A stretch of DNA of 52,702 nt from an uncultured Clostridia bacterium (GTDB lineage Bacteria; Bacillota; Clostridia; TANB77; CAG-465): positions 1 through 52,702 of the forward strand of contig CANQPW010000005.1 in the NCBI GenBank assembly GCA_947625855.1. The letters run 5' to 3'. A program made the translations under genes and the position numbers. Position 1 is the first letter of the stretch. The number at the start of each line of letters is the position of its first letter. Below, in pieces: positions 18,163 to 26,739 of the stretch. Below the pieces are notes generated by a model. It saw only the letters and a list, made by a program, of their open reading frames with translations. It made no database searches and was not told the DNA's origin.

Positions 18163-18609
18163 CTACAATCCAACAACTACAATTTTTAAATCTGCTATTA
18201 CTCCTTCGTATAATTTTACTTGTACATTATATGTTCCCAAATTTTTTATTGGTTCTTTTATAGAAATTTTCTTTTTATCAACTACAATTTTAAACTTTTT
18301 GTTTATTTCATCTGATATATCTTTTTCAGTAACACTTCCAAATAATTTGCTACCTTCTCCTACTTTATGTCTAAATTCTATGTATGATCCTTCTAGTTTT
18401 TTCTTATCTACTTCGGCAGCTTCTTTTTCGGTTTTTCTTTTAAAAGCTTGTGCTTCAATTTTAGTTTTAGCTTCATTTAAAGCTTTATTATCTGCAATAC
18501 TTACCAATTTTTTTGGTATTAGGAAGTTTCTTGCATAGCCTTCACTTACTTCTACGATTTGATGCTTCTTTCCTATTCCTTTTATATCTTGATTTAATAC
18601 AACTTTCAT
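18163..18609 (-). CDS. rplI: 50S ribosomal protein L9
   Basis: MKVVLNQDIKGIGKK...GYARNFLIPKK is a canonical L9. Confidence 0.97.
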   Translation of the reverse strand: MKVVLNQDIKGIGKKHQIVEVSEGYARNFLIPKKLVSIADNKALNEAKTKIEAQAFKRKTEKEAAEVDKKKLEGSYIEFRHKVGEGSKLFGSVTEKDISDEINKKFKIVVDKKKISIKEPIKNLGTYNVQVKLYEGVIADLKIVVVGL

Positions 18610-18633
18610 ATGTTATGCTCCTTCCTATTACTA

Positions 18634-20610
18634 TTATTCTTGATTAAAATATTCTTCTATACTATCAAGTAATTTTTCTTTAGCTTCATCTAATGTTACG
18701 CCAGCAATTTGAGCACCAGCAAACGTTAAATGTCCTCCTCCACCTATTTTTTCTAGGATATATTGTACATTAATATCACCAAGTGATCTACCTGAAATCA
18801 TTATTACATCATCAACTTTACATAGTACAAAAGATGCCAAAATACCTGAAATTGATAATAACTCATCTGCTGCTTGAGCAGCAATTATAGGCATATCACT
18901 ATGTTTTTCTTCACATAATGATATTGCAATTTTTCCTTTTATAATTTCAGCATTTTTAACAATTTCTACTTTAGTGATATATGTTTCAAAATCATTTTGA
19001 AATAATTGTTTAACCTCAGTTACATCTATACCATATTTTTTTAGATATGCAGCAACTTCAAAAGTTCTAACACCTGTTTTAAACATAAAATTTTTTGTAT
19101 CAATTACAATACCAGCATACAAGCATTCTGCTTCTGTTGGTGAAAGTGTAATATTATCAAGATACATTAAAAGTTCAGTAACAAGTTCAGAAGCTGATGA
19201 AGCATATATTTCATGATAAGTAAGTAATGCATTATCAATAAACTCTGGTCCACGTCTATGATGATCAATTACTGCTATCTTCTCAAAATTGTCTAAAAAT
19301 TCTGGATAAGCTAAATATGATTTTTTATGTGTATCTACCACTACAATAAAATCATTACTTGTAATATTTAATTTTTTTAAATCATTATTTGTAATAAATA
19401 CTTCTTTATATTCATCAGATTCTTTCAATTTATCTATAATGTTTTTTGTACTACTATTGCTTTTTGTATCAATTACAATACTTGTATGCTTATCTAAACT
19501 TTTAGCAATTTTATATACTCCAACTGCTGCACCAATACAGTCAATATCAGTATTCTTATGTCCTATAATATAAATATTATCTGATTTTTCCATAACTTCT
19601 TTTAATGCTTGTGATATAGTTCTTGCTCTAACTCTACTTGTTTTTTCAAGTCCTAAGTTTGAACCTCCAAAGAATTCAAACTTTTTGTCTTTTTTTACAA
19701 CAACTTGATCACCGCCACGACCTAAAGCAATATCTAATGCTGACGAACTAGATTTATATCTGTCTTCTAAACTTTGTTCAGAATAAGACATACCAATAGA
19801 AATTGTAATAGGCAATTTTGTTAGATTAGTAATGTTTTTTACTCTTTCAAGTATTGTAAATGTACTTTCTTCCATTTTCTCTGCATACATTTTTTCTATA
19901 AATAATATGAATTTATCCTTATCAACTTTTGCAATTACACCTTTATTTTCAGAAGCAAACTCACGCAATTCTTTCTCAATCATTGAAGTAATTTCTGCTT
20001 TTTTTACTTCATCTAAGCCTTGCATTGTTTCTTCATAATTATCAACAAATATCATACCTATTGTAACTTTAGTATCTTCTAGTGTCTTTTTTAAATTATT
20101 CTCATATGTTTTATTAATAAATGATATTAATAAACATTCTGAATCATCAAATTTTATATGATTTCCAATAGCATTATATACTTCATCATCTCTCACATTT
20201 AAAAGTACACTTGTTACTTCAGTATGCTTTTTTTGTATGTTTAACTTTATTGCTGTATCCTCAATAATTTCATCAGTTAATAAATGAATAGCAACATTAT
20301 TTTTCCATATAATTTTGTTTTTATCTGTAACTATAACCATTGGTATATCAATAATAGTGAAACTATCTTTTAGGATTACATCTAGACTTTTTGACATTTC
20401 ATCAATTTTATACTTTTTTCCCTTAATTTCACTAACACATATATATATACATATTAATGCAGCTATTAATATAATAGTTAAATCAAAATAAAGAGTGGCT
20501 GGTTTTAAAACAGATGCTAAAGAAGCAATTATAATTATTAATGAAAATATTGATATTCTTACTGAAAAAGTTTTAAAATCAATCCATTTTTTCTTATTTA
20601 ATCTACCCAT
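18634..20610 (-). CDS. gdpP: GdpP/YybT-type DHH/DHHA1 phosphodiesterase (c-di-AMP phosphodiesterase family)
   Basis: Two N-terminal TM helices, a degenerate GGDEF-like region, DHH motifs (HKNTDIDCIGAA, VIDHHRR) and DHHA1 GGGH. Conserved yybT-rplI-dnaC order. The ATG at 20610 lies downstream of the predicted TSS. Confidence 0.9.
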   Translation of the reverse strand: MGRLNKKKWIDFKTFSVRISIFSLIIIIASLASVLKPATLYFDLTIILIAALICIYICVSEIKGKKYKIDEMSKSLDVILKDSFTIIDIPMVIVTDKNKIIWKNNVAIHLLTDEIIEDTAIKLNIQKKHTEVTSVLLNVRDDEVYNAIGNHIKFDDSECLLISFINKTYENNLKKTLEDTKVTIGMIFVDNYEETMQGLDEVKKAEITSMIEKELREFASENKGVIAKVDKDKFILFIEKMYAEKMEESTFTILERVKNITNLTKLPITISIGMSYSEQSLEDRYKSSSSALDIALGRGGDQVVVKKDKKFEFFGGSNLGLEKTSRVRARTISQALKEVMEKSDNIYIIGHKNTDIDCIGAAVGVYKIAKSLDKHTSIVIDTKSNSSTKNIIDKLKESDEYKEVFITNNDLKKLNITSNDFIVVVDTHKKSYLAYPEFLDNFEKIAVIDHHRRGPEFIDNALLTYHEIYASSASELVTELLMYLDNITLSPTEAECLYAGIVIDTKNFMFKTGVRTFEVAAYLKKYGIDVTEVKQLFQNDFETYITKVEIVKNAEIIKGKIAISLCEEKHSDMPIIAAQAADELLSISGILASFVLCKVDDVIMISGRSLGDINVQYILEKIGGGGHLTFAGAQIAGVTLDEAKEKLLDSIEEYFNQE

Positions 20611-20637
20611 CCAAAACATCCTTCTTTTTACCACTAT

Positions 20638-20666
20638 ATTGTACTATTTTTAAATATATTTGTCAA
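20638..20666 (-). promoter_or_regulatory. Promoter of gdpP-rplI-dnaB
   Basis: On the minus strand: TTGACA, 17-nt spacer, TACAAT. Confidence 0.55.
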
Positions 20667-20706
20667 TATTGGAAAAATTATATTATGTAAAAAGTATGAG
20701 CCCCAT

Positions 20707-21183
20707 TTAAAGGTTTCTCATACTTTTTTCTATCCAGTTTATTAATTCATTTTTTGTAATAATACCCTCTAACCTAAATTTTACATCACCATTTTTATTT
20801 GTAATTAAAATTGTAGGTATAGAATTTATATTATATATATTTGTCATACTCATATTTTTTGTTACGTTTATATATTCAAAATCTAATTTATCACTATATC
20901 CTTGCATAACTTCAGAAACTATCTCATTAAACTCAATTAACTTATCTTCTGAATCCATACTAAATTCATATAATTTATATTCTTTTGTTTGCTCGATTTT
21001 ACCTGATGTTAAATTAACCTTTTTATAATTTTTATTATCGCTATTTATTATTACATTATATAATATAATAACAAAAATGCAGGCAACAATTGTTAATAAT
21101 ATAACATATAAACTTTTCTTATTCAATTTTAATCTCCTCATAGTTATTATATAAAATTTTATTTGATAAATCAAATTTATCAT
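20707..21183 (-). CDS. Membrane-anchored thioredoxin-fold-like protein without a CxxC motif
   Basis: Signal-anchor MRRLKLNKKSLYVILLTIVACIFVIIL. C-terminal ...INSIPTILITNKNGDVKF...ELINWI resembles a thioredoxin fold. No CxxC is present. The start is uncertain (21183 or 21141). Confidence 0.6.
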   Translation of the reverse strand: MINLIYQIKFYIITMRRLKLNKKSLYVILLTIVACIFVIILYNVIINSDNKNYKKVNLTSGKIEQTKEYKLYEFSMDSEDKLIEFNEIVSEVMQGYSDKLDFEYINVTKNMSMTNIYNINSIPTILITNKNGDVKFRLEGIITKNELINWIEKSMRNL

Positions 21184-21349
21184 TTTTTCTTAAATATACT
21201 TTTAAAATTAATCTTATGTTTTCATTGTTTTTTTCTTCTTCCTTTAGTCTTTTTAACAAAAATTTTAATTTACAATTTTGCTCCATAGTAAATAAAATAG
21301 TCAGCAATACAACAAATATTAATATAAATTGAAATATTATTGTATTCAT
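21119..21349 (-). CDS. Small membrane protein (76 aa)
   Basis: The ATG at 21349 follows AGGGGTGG. One TM helix (IIFQFILIFVVLLTILF), then a charged tail. Confidence 0.4.
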   Translation of the reverse strand: MNTIIFQFILIFVVLLTILFTMEQNCKLKFLLKRLKEEEKNNENIRLILKVYLRKNDKFDLSNKILYNNYEEIKIE

Positions 21350-21490
21350 AAGTGCCACCCCTTTCAATAGCAAAATCATTTATATATTTTATAACGCCAC
21401 AAGTATTGTAATATATACAATAGATTTTTCTAATATACTATTTTGATTTTTAATATTGTAAAATAATTTTTAGAAATTTGGAGGTATATT

Positions 21491-21667
21491 ATGATAAAAG
21501 ATATAAATTTTTCAAAAAATAAAGTAAACGCAAGCTACAAAACAATATATATGCGTAATGAAACAATTGAAAAACTTAACAAAATAGCTGTTGATAATAA
21601 TACATCTTTTAATAATGTAGTAATAAATATGATAAATTATTGCTTAGATAATAACTTAGAAAATTAA
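21491..21667 (+). CDS. Small ribbon-helix-helix-like protein (58 aa), absent from the ORF track
   Basis: TTTGGAGGTATATT precedes the ATG. The translation MIKDINFSKNKVNASYKTIYMRNETIEKLNKIAVDNNTSFNNVVINMINYCLDNNLEN has a beta-alpha-alpha pattern like CopG/Arc. Confidence 0.5.
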   Translation: MIKDINFSKNKVNASYKTIYMRNETIEKLNKIAVDNNTSFNNVVINMINYCLDNNLEN

Positions 21668-21720
21668 TATAGTATATTTTTTTATTATTTTGATATACTA
21701 ATATCAAATAACAAGAAAAA

Positions 21721-21748
21721 ATTTCTTTATTAAAAATAATAAAGAAAT
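21721..21748. terminator. Bidirectional terminator between the RHH gene and spo0A
   Basis: ATTTCTTTATT-AAAAAT-AATAAAGAAAT, an 11-bp stem flanked by an A run on one side and a T run on the other. Confidence 0.65.
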
Positions 21749-21763
21749 CAATTTTAGGCTACT

Positions 21764-22567
21764 TTAAATAGTAGCCTTATCTTCTAAACGCAATTTGTCT
21801 GCAATCATTGCAATAAACTCAGAATTAGTTGGTTTACCCTTATTTGAATTTACAGTATATCCAAATATTTTATCATGCATTTCAATTTGTCCTCTATTCC
21901 AAGCAACTTCAATAGCATGTCTTATAGCACGTTCAACTCTTGAAGGAGTTGTAGAGAAAGTTTTAGCAAGAGTAGGATATAGTGTTTTTGTAATTGAATT
22001 AATTACATCTTCATTTTCAACAGCAAGCATAATAGCCTCTCTTATATATTGATACCCTTTTATATGTGCAGGCACACCAACATTATGAATCATATTTGTA
22101 ACTCTAACTTCAAGTGGTACTACTTTAGTTACACTGTTTACTTTTTCATTTGAAGAAAAGCCAACTGTATTTACTTTTTCTTCCTTGCTACAATCAAGTA
22201 AATCTCTTATTCTTTCTACAAGTGCATTCATATCAAATGGTTTTACTACATAGTATGTTGCACCAAGTGTTATTGCTTTATGTGTTATTTTTTCTTGACC
22301 AATTGCAGACATAACTATTGTTAAAGGTGGAACAATATCTTTATCATTTGCAATATCATTTAAAACACCAAGTCCATCTTTTTCAGGCATAATTATATCT
22401 AATAATAATATATCTGGCTCCAATTCCTTAATTTTATTTTTTGCATTTTGACCATCAAATAAAGTTTCAACAACTTCCATATCATCTTGTGAATCTATAA
22501 ACATAGCTAACAATTTTACAAATTCTTTATTATCATCAACTATCATAACTTTTGTTTTATTACTCAT
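21764..22567 (-). CDS. spo0A: Sporulation master regulator Spo0A
   Basis: Receiver domain (VMIVDDN...LLLDIIMP) and the Spo0A-specific C-terminal DNA-binding signature [18 protein letters not shown]. Confidence 0.97.
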   Translation of the reverse strand: MSNKTKVMIVDDNKEFVKLLAMFIDSQDDMEVVETLFDGQNAKNKIKELEPDILLLDIIMPEKDGLGVLNDIANDKDIVPPLTIVMSAIGQEKITHKAITLGATYYVVKPFDMNALVERIRDLLDCSKEEKVNTVGFSSNEKVNSVTKVVPLEVRVTNMIHNVGVPAHIKGYQYIREAIMLAVENEDVINSITKTLYPTLAKTFSTTPSRVERAIRHAIEVAWNRGQIEMHDKIFGYTVNSNKGKPTNSEFIAMIADKLRLEDKATI

Positions 22568-22605
22568 AAATTTTCCCCCTTAAGTTTACTTAATAGCGTA
22601 TCCAT

Positions 22606-22634
22606 ATTATATATAAAATTTGCTCAAAAATCAA
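22606..22634 (-). promoter_or_regulatory. Sigma-A type promoter upstream of spo0A
   Basis: On the minus strand: TTGATT, 17-nt spacer, TATAAT. Confidence 0.45.
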
Positions 22635-22655
22635 GTATTTTTGCCGTATTCTAGC

Positions 22656-22681
22656 ATCGAGTTTTGTCGAAAACAATCGAA
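22656..22681. promoter_or_regulatory. Cluster of 0A-box-like sites (TGNCGAA)
   Basis: CATCGAG, TGTCGAA (22665-22671) and AATCGAA within 26 bp, just upstream of the spo0A promoter. spo0A autoregulation through 0A boxes is established in Bacillus. Confidence 0.4.
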
Positions 22682-22800
22682 ATCATCAAATTTTTTAAAA
22701 TTTTCCTATTATTACCAGTATTATTTAAAAAATATAACACAAATTAATAGTGTAAAACAAAATCGTTTTACTACATAAAAAATATTGGAGGTGAATTAAA

Positions 22801-23016
22801 GTGGCAAACTCTAACAGTAAAATGTCTAACAAGCAAGCTAAAGCAGCTTTAGACAAATTCAAATATGAAGTAGCTAATGAACTTGGTGTTAACTTAAAAC
22901 AAGGTTATAACGGAGATTTAACTTCTAGAGAAGCTGGTTCTATAGGTGGAGAAATGGTTAAAAAATTAGTAGCACAAGCAGCTAATCAAATGCAATCTCA
23001 ACAATCTAATCAATAA
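22801..23016 (+). CDS. Alpha/beta-type small acid-soluble spore protein
   Basis: KFKYEVANELGVNL...TSREAGSIGGEMVKKLV is the alpha/beta SASP signature. GTG start after GGAGGTGAATTAAA. Confidence 0.93.
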   Translation: MANSNSKMSNKQAKAALDKFKYEVANELGVNLKQGYNGDLTSREAGSIGGEMVKKLVAQAANQMQSQQSNQ

Positions 23017-23026
23017 TCATTTAACG

Positions 23027-23059
23027 AAATAAACCAAAGATAATTAATCTTTGGTTTAT
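23027..23059. terminator. Bidirectional terminator (SASP / MFS)
   Basis: AATAAACCAAAGAT-AATTA-ATCTTTGGTTTATT, a 14-bp stem. Confidence 0.65.
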
Positions 23060-23065
23060 TTATGT

Positions 23066-24256
23066 TTAATATTTTAATTTTTTTAATCTCCATTTTCTTA
23101 TTACAAATGCGCTTATAGCAAGTATAATTGGGAAACCAATTCCTGAAAGTATACCAACTTGTAAATTTTCTCCCATTATTTGAGATACATTTCCTACTAT
23201 TACAGGACCAATTGATGCACCTAAATCACCTGCTAATGCTAAAAATGCAAACATCGTAGTTCCACCTTTTGGTAAAATTGATGAAGATATACTAATAGAG
23301 CCTGGCCACATAATTCCAACAGAAAAGCCACATAACATACATCCTATCAAACCTAAAACTGGAATACTTGCAAGTCCTGCTAGAAGATAACAACAAAAGC
23401 ACATAAGTCCAGAAAATACCATAAATACAGTTAAATCAATTTTTTTATTAAATTTTACATATAATACTCTACTAAGTCCCATTAAAAATGCAAACCCACA
23501 AGGTCCTGCTAAATCTCCAATACTTTTTGAAATATTAAAAGATGATTCTGCAAAAGCAGATGACCATTGTGCAATAACTGCCTCTGATGAGCCTGCACAA
23601 ATCATTAAAACAATCAATAGCCAAAAAATATTAGTTTTAAAAAGTTCTCTGATTGTCATACCTTTTCCATCTTCTACAATAGGTTCAATAGGACAACTTG
23701 AGAAATTATATACATTATATAACGGTATTAATGCCCATATACACGTCAATATACGCCACTTCTCTAATCCAAATATTGCAAAAAATATTGTTGAACCTAG
23801 TATTACACCTACTGCTCCCCAGCAATAAAAAGAATGTAACAAACTCATCATTCCATCTTTATTTTCAAAGGGACACGCTTCAACAATTGGACTGCATAAA
23901 ACTTCAATTAAGCCACTACCAATAGCATAGATAATCGTACAAACAATGATTCCAGTAAAAGGAATTGGTAAAATGTTTGGTAAAAAAGCAAGACCCATAA
24001 GACCAATTGCAGAAGTTATTTCAGATACTATAATACATATTCTATATCCAATTTTATCTACAAATTTTGTGCAAGCAAAATCTACTATAATTTGTGTAAT
24101 ATAAAAACATGTTGGAATAAGTGCTAGTTCACTAAGCGATATATTATATATTTTATAAAAAGTGATAAATAGTAACGGAGCAAAATTAGCTGATATTGCT
24201 TGTGTAATAAATCCTAAATAACATGCTAGTAGTGTCTTCTTATACTTTTTCTGCAT
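23066..24256 (-). CDS. MFS transporter
   Basis: About 12 hydrophobic helices. The ATG at 24256 follows AAGGAGA; the longer ORF-track start would overlap the upstream gene. Confidence 0.85.
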   Translation of the reverse strand: MQKKYKKTLLACYLGFITQAISANFAPLLFITFYKIYNISLSELALIPTCFYITQIIVDFACTKFVDKIGYRICIIVSEITSAIGLMGLAFLPNILPIPFTGIIVCTIIYAIGSGLIEVLCSPIVEACPFENKDGMMSLLHSFYCWGAVGVILGSTIFFAIFGLEKWRILTCIWALIPLYNVYNFSSCPIEPIVEDGKGMTIRELFKTNIFWLLIVLMICAGSSEAVIAQWSSAFAESSFNISKSIGDLAGPCGFAFLMGLSRVLYVKFNKKIDLTVFMVFSGLMCFCCYLLAGLASIPVLGLIGCMLCGFSVGIMWPGSISISSSILPKGGTTMFAFLALAGDLGASIGPVIVGNVSQIMGENLQVGILSGIGFPIILAISAFVIRKWRLKKLKY

Positions 24257-24276
24257 TTCTTTCTCCTTATAATTTA

Positions 24277-24768
24277 TTATTTTCTTTTGCAATTATACCA
24301 TACATCAATTTCTTCTTTTTGTGGTTCTTCCCACATAGCTTCTAATTTTTTCATTAGCCCTTCATCTAAATAAAAATCAGAGCCACCCTTTCCTGCCATT
24401 ATCATTTCATTTCTTTCAATAATATTTTGCTTCCATGTTTTATCATCAACACATACATAATGTAGTTCACATTCTATGCCATTTTCTTTGTAATATCTAA
24501 CTATTTTTTCTCTTTCTTCTTTTGACCAAAGACCTCTTTCAAAAATTACATTAGCTCCTGCTTTAGCAATTTCTCCAACCTTTTTTGTCAAATATTTATT
24601 TAATCTTTTTGAAAATATATCGTAAAATTCTCCCTGTTCATTATTTATTAAATCATATGTTGCCTCATCTGGTGATATTATGACAGCATTTAACTCTTCT
24701 TTTATTTGATTAGAATAATAACTTTTTCCACTACATATCTTTCCACAAACTAAAATTACTTTTCCCAT
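24277..24768 (-). CDS. P-loop kinase-like ATP-binding protein (AAA_33-like)
   Basis: Walker A VCGKICSGKS near the N-terminus. About 160 aa. The ATG at 24768 follows AAAGGAAG. Confidence 0.75.
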   Translation of the reverse strand: MGKVILVCGKICSGKSYYSNQIKEELNAVIISPDEATYDLINNEQGEFYDIFSKRLNKYLTKKVGEIAKAGANVIFERGLWSKEEREKIVRYYKENGIECELHYVCVDDKTWKQNIIERNEMIMAGKGGSDFYLDEGLMKKLEAMWEEPQKEEIDVWYNCKRK

Positions 24769-24857
24769 ATAGCTTCCTTTCTTCAATAGTCACTATTTAT
24801 CTACAATTATAAATAAAAGGATATCCAATTATTAGATATCCCTTATTACAATATTAT

Positions 24858-25028
24858 CTATTCTGTTTCTCTTTTATGTGTAAATTCATATGATACAACG
24901 TCATCAAGACCTCTAGCAAAATATAATATATAGATAACATCTGCAAGTCCTTCATGTCTTTCTTCTATTATTTTTCCATCTTTAGTCTTCCGATGTAATA
25001 TAAGTACTGCACTTTCTCTATCTGTCAT
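24858..25028 (-). CDS. Hypothetical small protein (56 aa), absent from the ORF track
   Basis: AAGGAGAAAAGTC precedes the ATG. MTDRESAVLILHRKTKDGKIIEERHEGLADVIYILYFARGLDDVVSYEFTHKRETE. A hairpin terminator-like GGATATC/GATATCC lies downstream. Confidence 0.45.
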   Translation of the reverse strand: MTDRESAVLILHRKTKDGKIIEERHEGLADVIYILYFARGLDDVVSYEFTHKRETE

Positions 25029-25250
25029 GACTTTTCTCCTTTCTAAAGATGATATATTTATACCTCTTTATTTTTTGATTTGTAATTTAAAGCTATCATT
25101 CCTAAATTTAAAACTAATTTTTATTAAAGTTACTACTATAAAATATTTATTCTATAACCCATCAATAAATGCCATGAGTTATTATACCACTTTTTTTAGT
25201 TAATGTCTATAAAATATGTTTATTTTTAGTACTTTTTAAGGTACTTTCAT

Positions 25251-25336
25251 TTTTTATCAATTTCATATTTACCACTATTATAATTATCTATTCCGAAAAA
25301 TTGATTTTTTTTCGTTTTTTTGGAATAGGTTTTTCT
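25251..25336 (-). repeat. Decayed duplicate of the AAA_14 gene promoter/operator/start region (copy 1)
   Basis: Aligns by eye with 26544..26638 (TTTTTATCAATTTCATATTTA.CAC...CTATTCC.AAAAA...GGAATAG.TTTTTCT). It retains the ATG-AAA-TTG-ATA-AAA codons but continues into a 19-codon dead end. Confidence 0.7.
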
Positions 25337-25352
25337 AATTTTACTTTTTAAT

Positions 25353-26558
25353 CTATTTTAAATCAGTTTCTTCACTTAACCAATTAGCAATATCAACAAT
25401 ATCTATTCCTTCATATTGATAAGTATCATGTCTTGTTCTTGCTATTACTACTTTTGGATACGCATCTTGTATCTTTAATAAAGAGTCTATTTCCCTATTA
25501 AATGTATTTTCACTACTTATATCATCTGATACTTGTATATAAATCTTTTTGCCTTGCTTTTGTGCCACAAAATCTATTTCTTTTTTATATAAAGTACCTA
25601 TATAAACTTCGTAGCCTCTTCTTAATAATTCTATGGCAACGATATTTTCATATATTCTGCCATAATCCATGTTACTTGTGCCAAGCATTGCATATCTAAA
25701 AGATTGATCCGCTAAGTAATATTTATTTTGTGTACTCAAAAGCTTCTTACCTTTTATATCATATCTTTTAATTTTATAGAAAGCAAAAGCATTACACAAA
25801 TACTCTATATAATTATTGATTGTTTTATCTGTTATACTAACATTGTTTGAACTTAAAACATGTGCAATATTATTAGCAGATGTTAAATTTGAAATATTAT
25901 CCATTAAGAAGTCGGTTAAATTTTGAATTATATCTGTATTTCTTATTTTATATTTTTGCTTTATATCTCTAACTATTAAAGTATCAAATATATCTTTTAT
26001 ATACTGATATTTTTCTTCTTGTGTTTTATAAAGATATGAACCAGACATTCCACCTTCATATACATATTTATCAAAAGCTTCTTGTATATCATTGTACTCA
26101 TAATAGTTTTGAAATTCTTTAAATGAAAATGGATATACTTCTATTTTAAAAGTTCTGCCTGTAAATAATGTTGCTAAATCACTACTCATTAAGAATGCAT
26201 TAGATCCAGTTATATAAATATCATATTTTTCTTCTGCATGGAATCCATTTATTGCCTTTTCAAAATCTTCACACATTTGTACTTCATCAATTAATATAAA
26301 ATTTTCAGCTCCTTCTTTGTAGTTTGATTCAACATATTCTACTAAAGCATCATAATTTTTTAAATTTTTAAATTTTGATAAATTATAATTTATATGAATT
26401 ATATTATTTTCCTTAACTGTACGGCTTATATATTTCTTAAATTCCTCTAAAAGTTTAGATTTTCCGCTACGTCTTATTCCTGTAATAACTTTTATATCTG
26501 GTGTTCCTATTACATTTATCAATTTATTTAAGTATTCTTCTCTTTTTATCAATTTCAT
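25353..26558 (-). CDS. AAA_14 / DUF4143 family ATPase (COG1373-like)
   Basis: Walker A ITGIRRSGKS, Walker B FILIDEVQ. C-terminal GRIYENIVAIELLRRGYEVY...EIDFVAQKQGKKIYIQVS. The ATG at 26558 follows AGGTGA; the GTG at 26567 in the ORF track lies inside the RBS. Confidence 0.88.
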   Translation of the reverse strand: MKLIKREEYLNKLINVIGTPDIKVITGIRRSGKSKLLEEFKKYISRTVKENNIIHINYNLSKFKNLKNYDALVEYVESNYKEGAENFILIDEVQMCEDFEKAINGFHAEEKYDIYITGSNAFLMSSDLATLFTGRTFKIEVYPFSFKEFQNYYEYNDIQEAFDKYVYEGGMSGSYLYKTQEEKYQYIKDIFDTLIVRDIKQKYKIRNTDIIQNLTDFLMDNISNLTSANNIAHVLSSNNVSITDKTINNYIEYLCNAFAFYKIKRYDIKGKKLLSTQNKYYLADQSFRYAMLGTSNMDYGRIYENIVAIELLRRGYEVYIGTLYKKEIDFVAQKQGKKIYIQVSDDISSENTFNREIDSLLKIQDAYPKVVIARTRHDTYQYEGIDIVDIANWLSEETDLK

Positions 26559-26638
26559 ATTTATCACCTAATATAATTATATTATCTCTATTCCTAAAAA
26601 TCAAGTTTTTTTCATTTTTTCGGAATAGATTTTTTCTA
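26544..26638 (-). repeat. Promoter/operator/start region of the AAA_14 gene (copy 2 of the duplicated segment)
   Basis: Minus-strand promoter TTGATT, 17-nt spacer, TATAAT (26576-26604). It is overlapped by the inverted repeat CTATTCCTAAAAA (26588-26600) / TTTTTCGGAATAG (26616-26628). Confidence 0.65.
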
Positions 26639-26739
26639 TATTTTTATCATATTAAAATATAATTTTTTAAATATTTTTAATTAATTGTATATAATAATAA
26701 ATTTTGCACAAATTATATATAAATGGAGGTGAATTTTAA

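Noticed and set aside
21491-21667. RHH mini-gene as the antitoxin of a toxin-antitoxin pair.
   Set aside because: No second ORF is co-transcribed with it. A terminator and the convergent spo0A follow immediately.
22700-22800. Sigma-G/sigma-F forespore promoters upstream of the two SASP genes (also 26640..26739).
   Set aside because: They are expected biologically, but I could not match the remembered consensus (-35 GnATA/GTATA, -10 CATnnTA) convincingly. Only GTATA (about 26686) and CATAAAA-like fragments are present, so this is not reported as a feature.
202-26567. Upstream alternative starts in the ORF track: 202 GTG, 11628, 12402, 18162 GTG, 20634 GTG, 24292, 24786, 26567 GTG, 30931 TTG, 37848 GTG, 38514 GTG, 44906 TTG, 51315.
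   Set aside because: Each lies inside or upstream of the Shine-Dalgarno sequence, or overlaps the preceding gene or the predicted transcription start. A downstream ATG or TTG with proper RBS spacing and a canonical N-terminus exists in every case.
25288-26628. Idea that the inverted-repeat-bounded 41-bp element upstream of the DUF4143 gene is an invertible promoter switch (TTGAT in one copy, TCAAG in the other).
   Set aside because: A direct alignment of the two 15-nt spacers matches at 11 of 15 positions, better than the inverted alignment. The element is far too short for recombinase-mediated inversion, and no invertase gene is present. The difference is best read as point divergence in a decayed copy.
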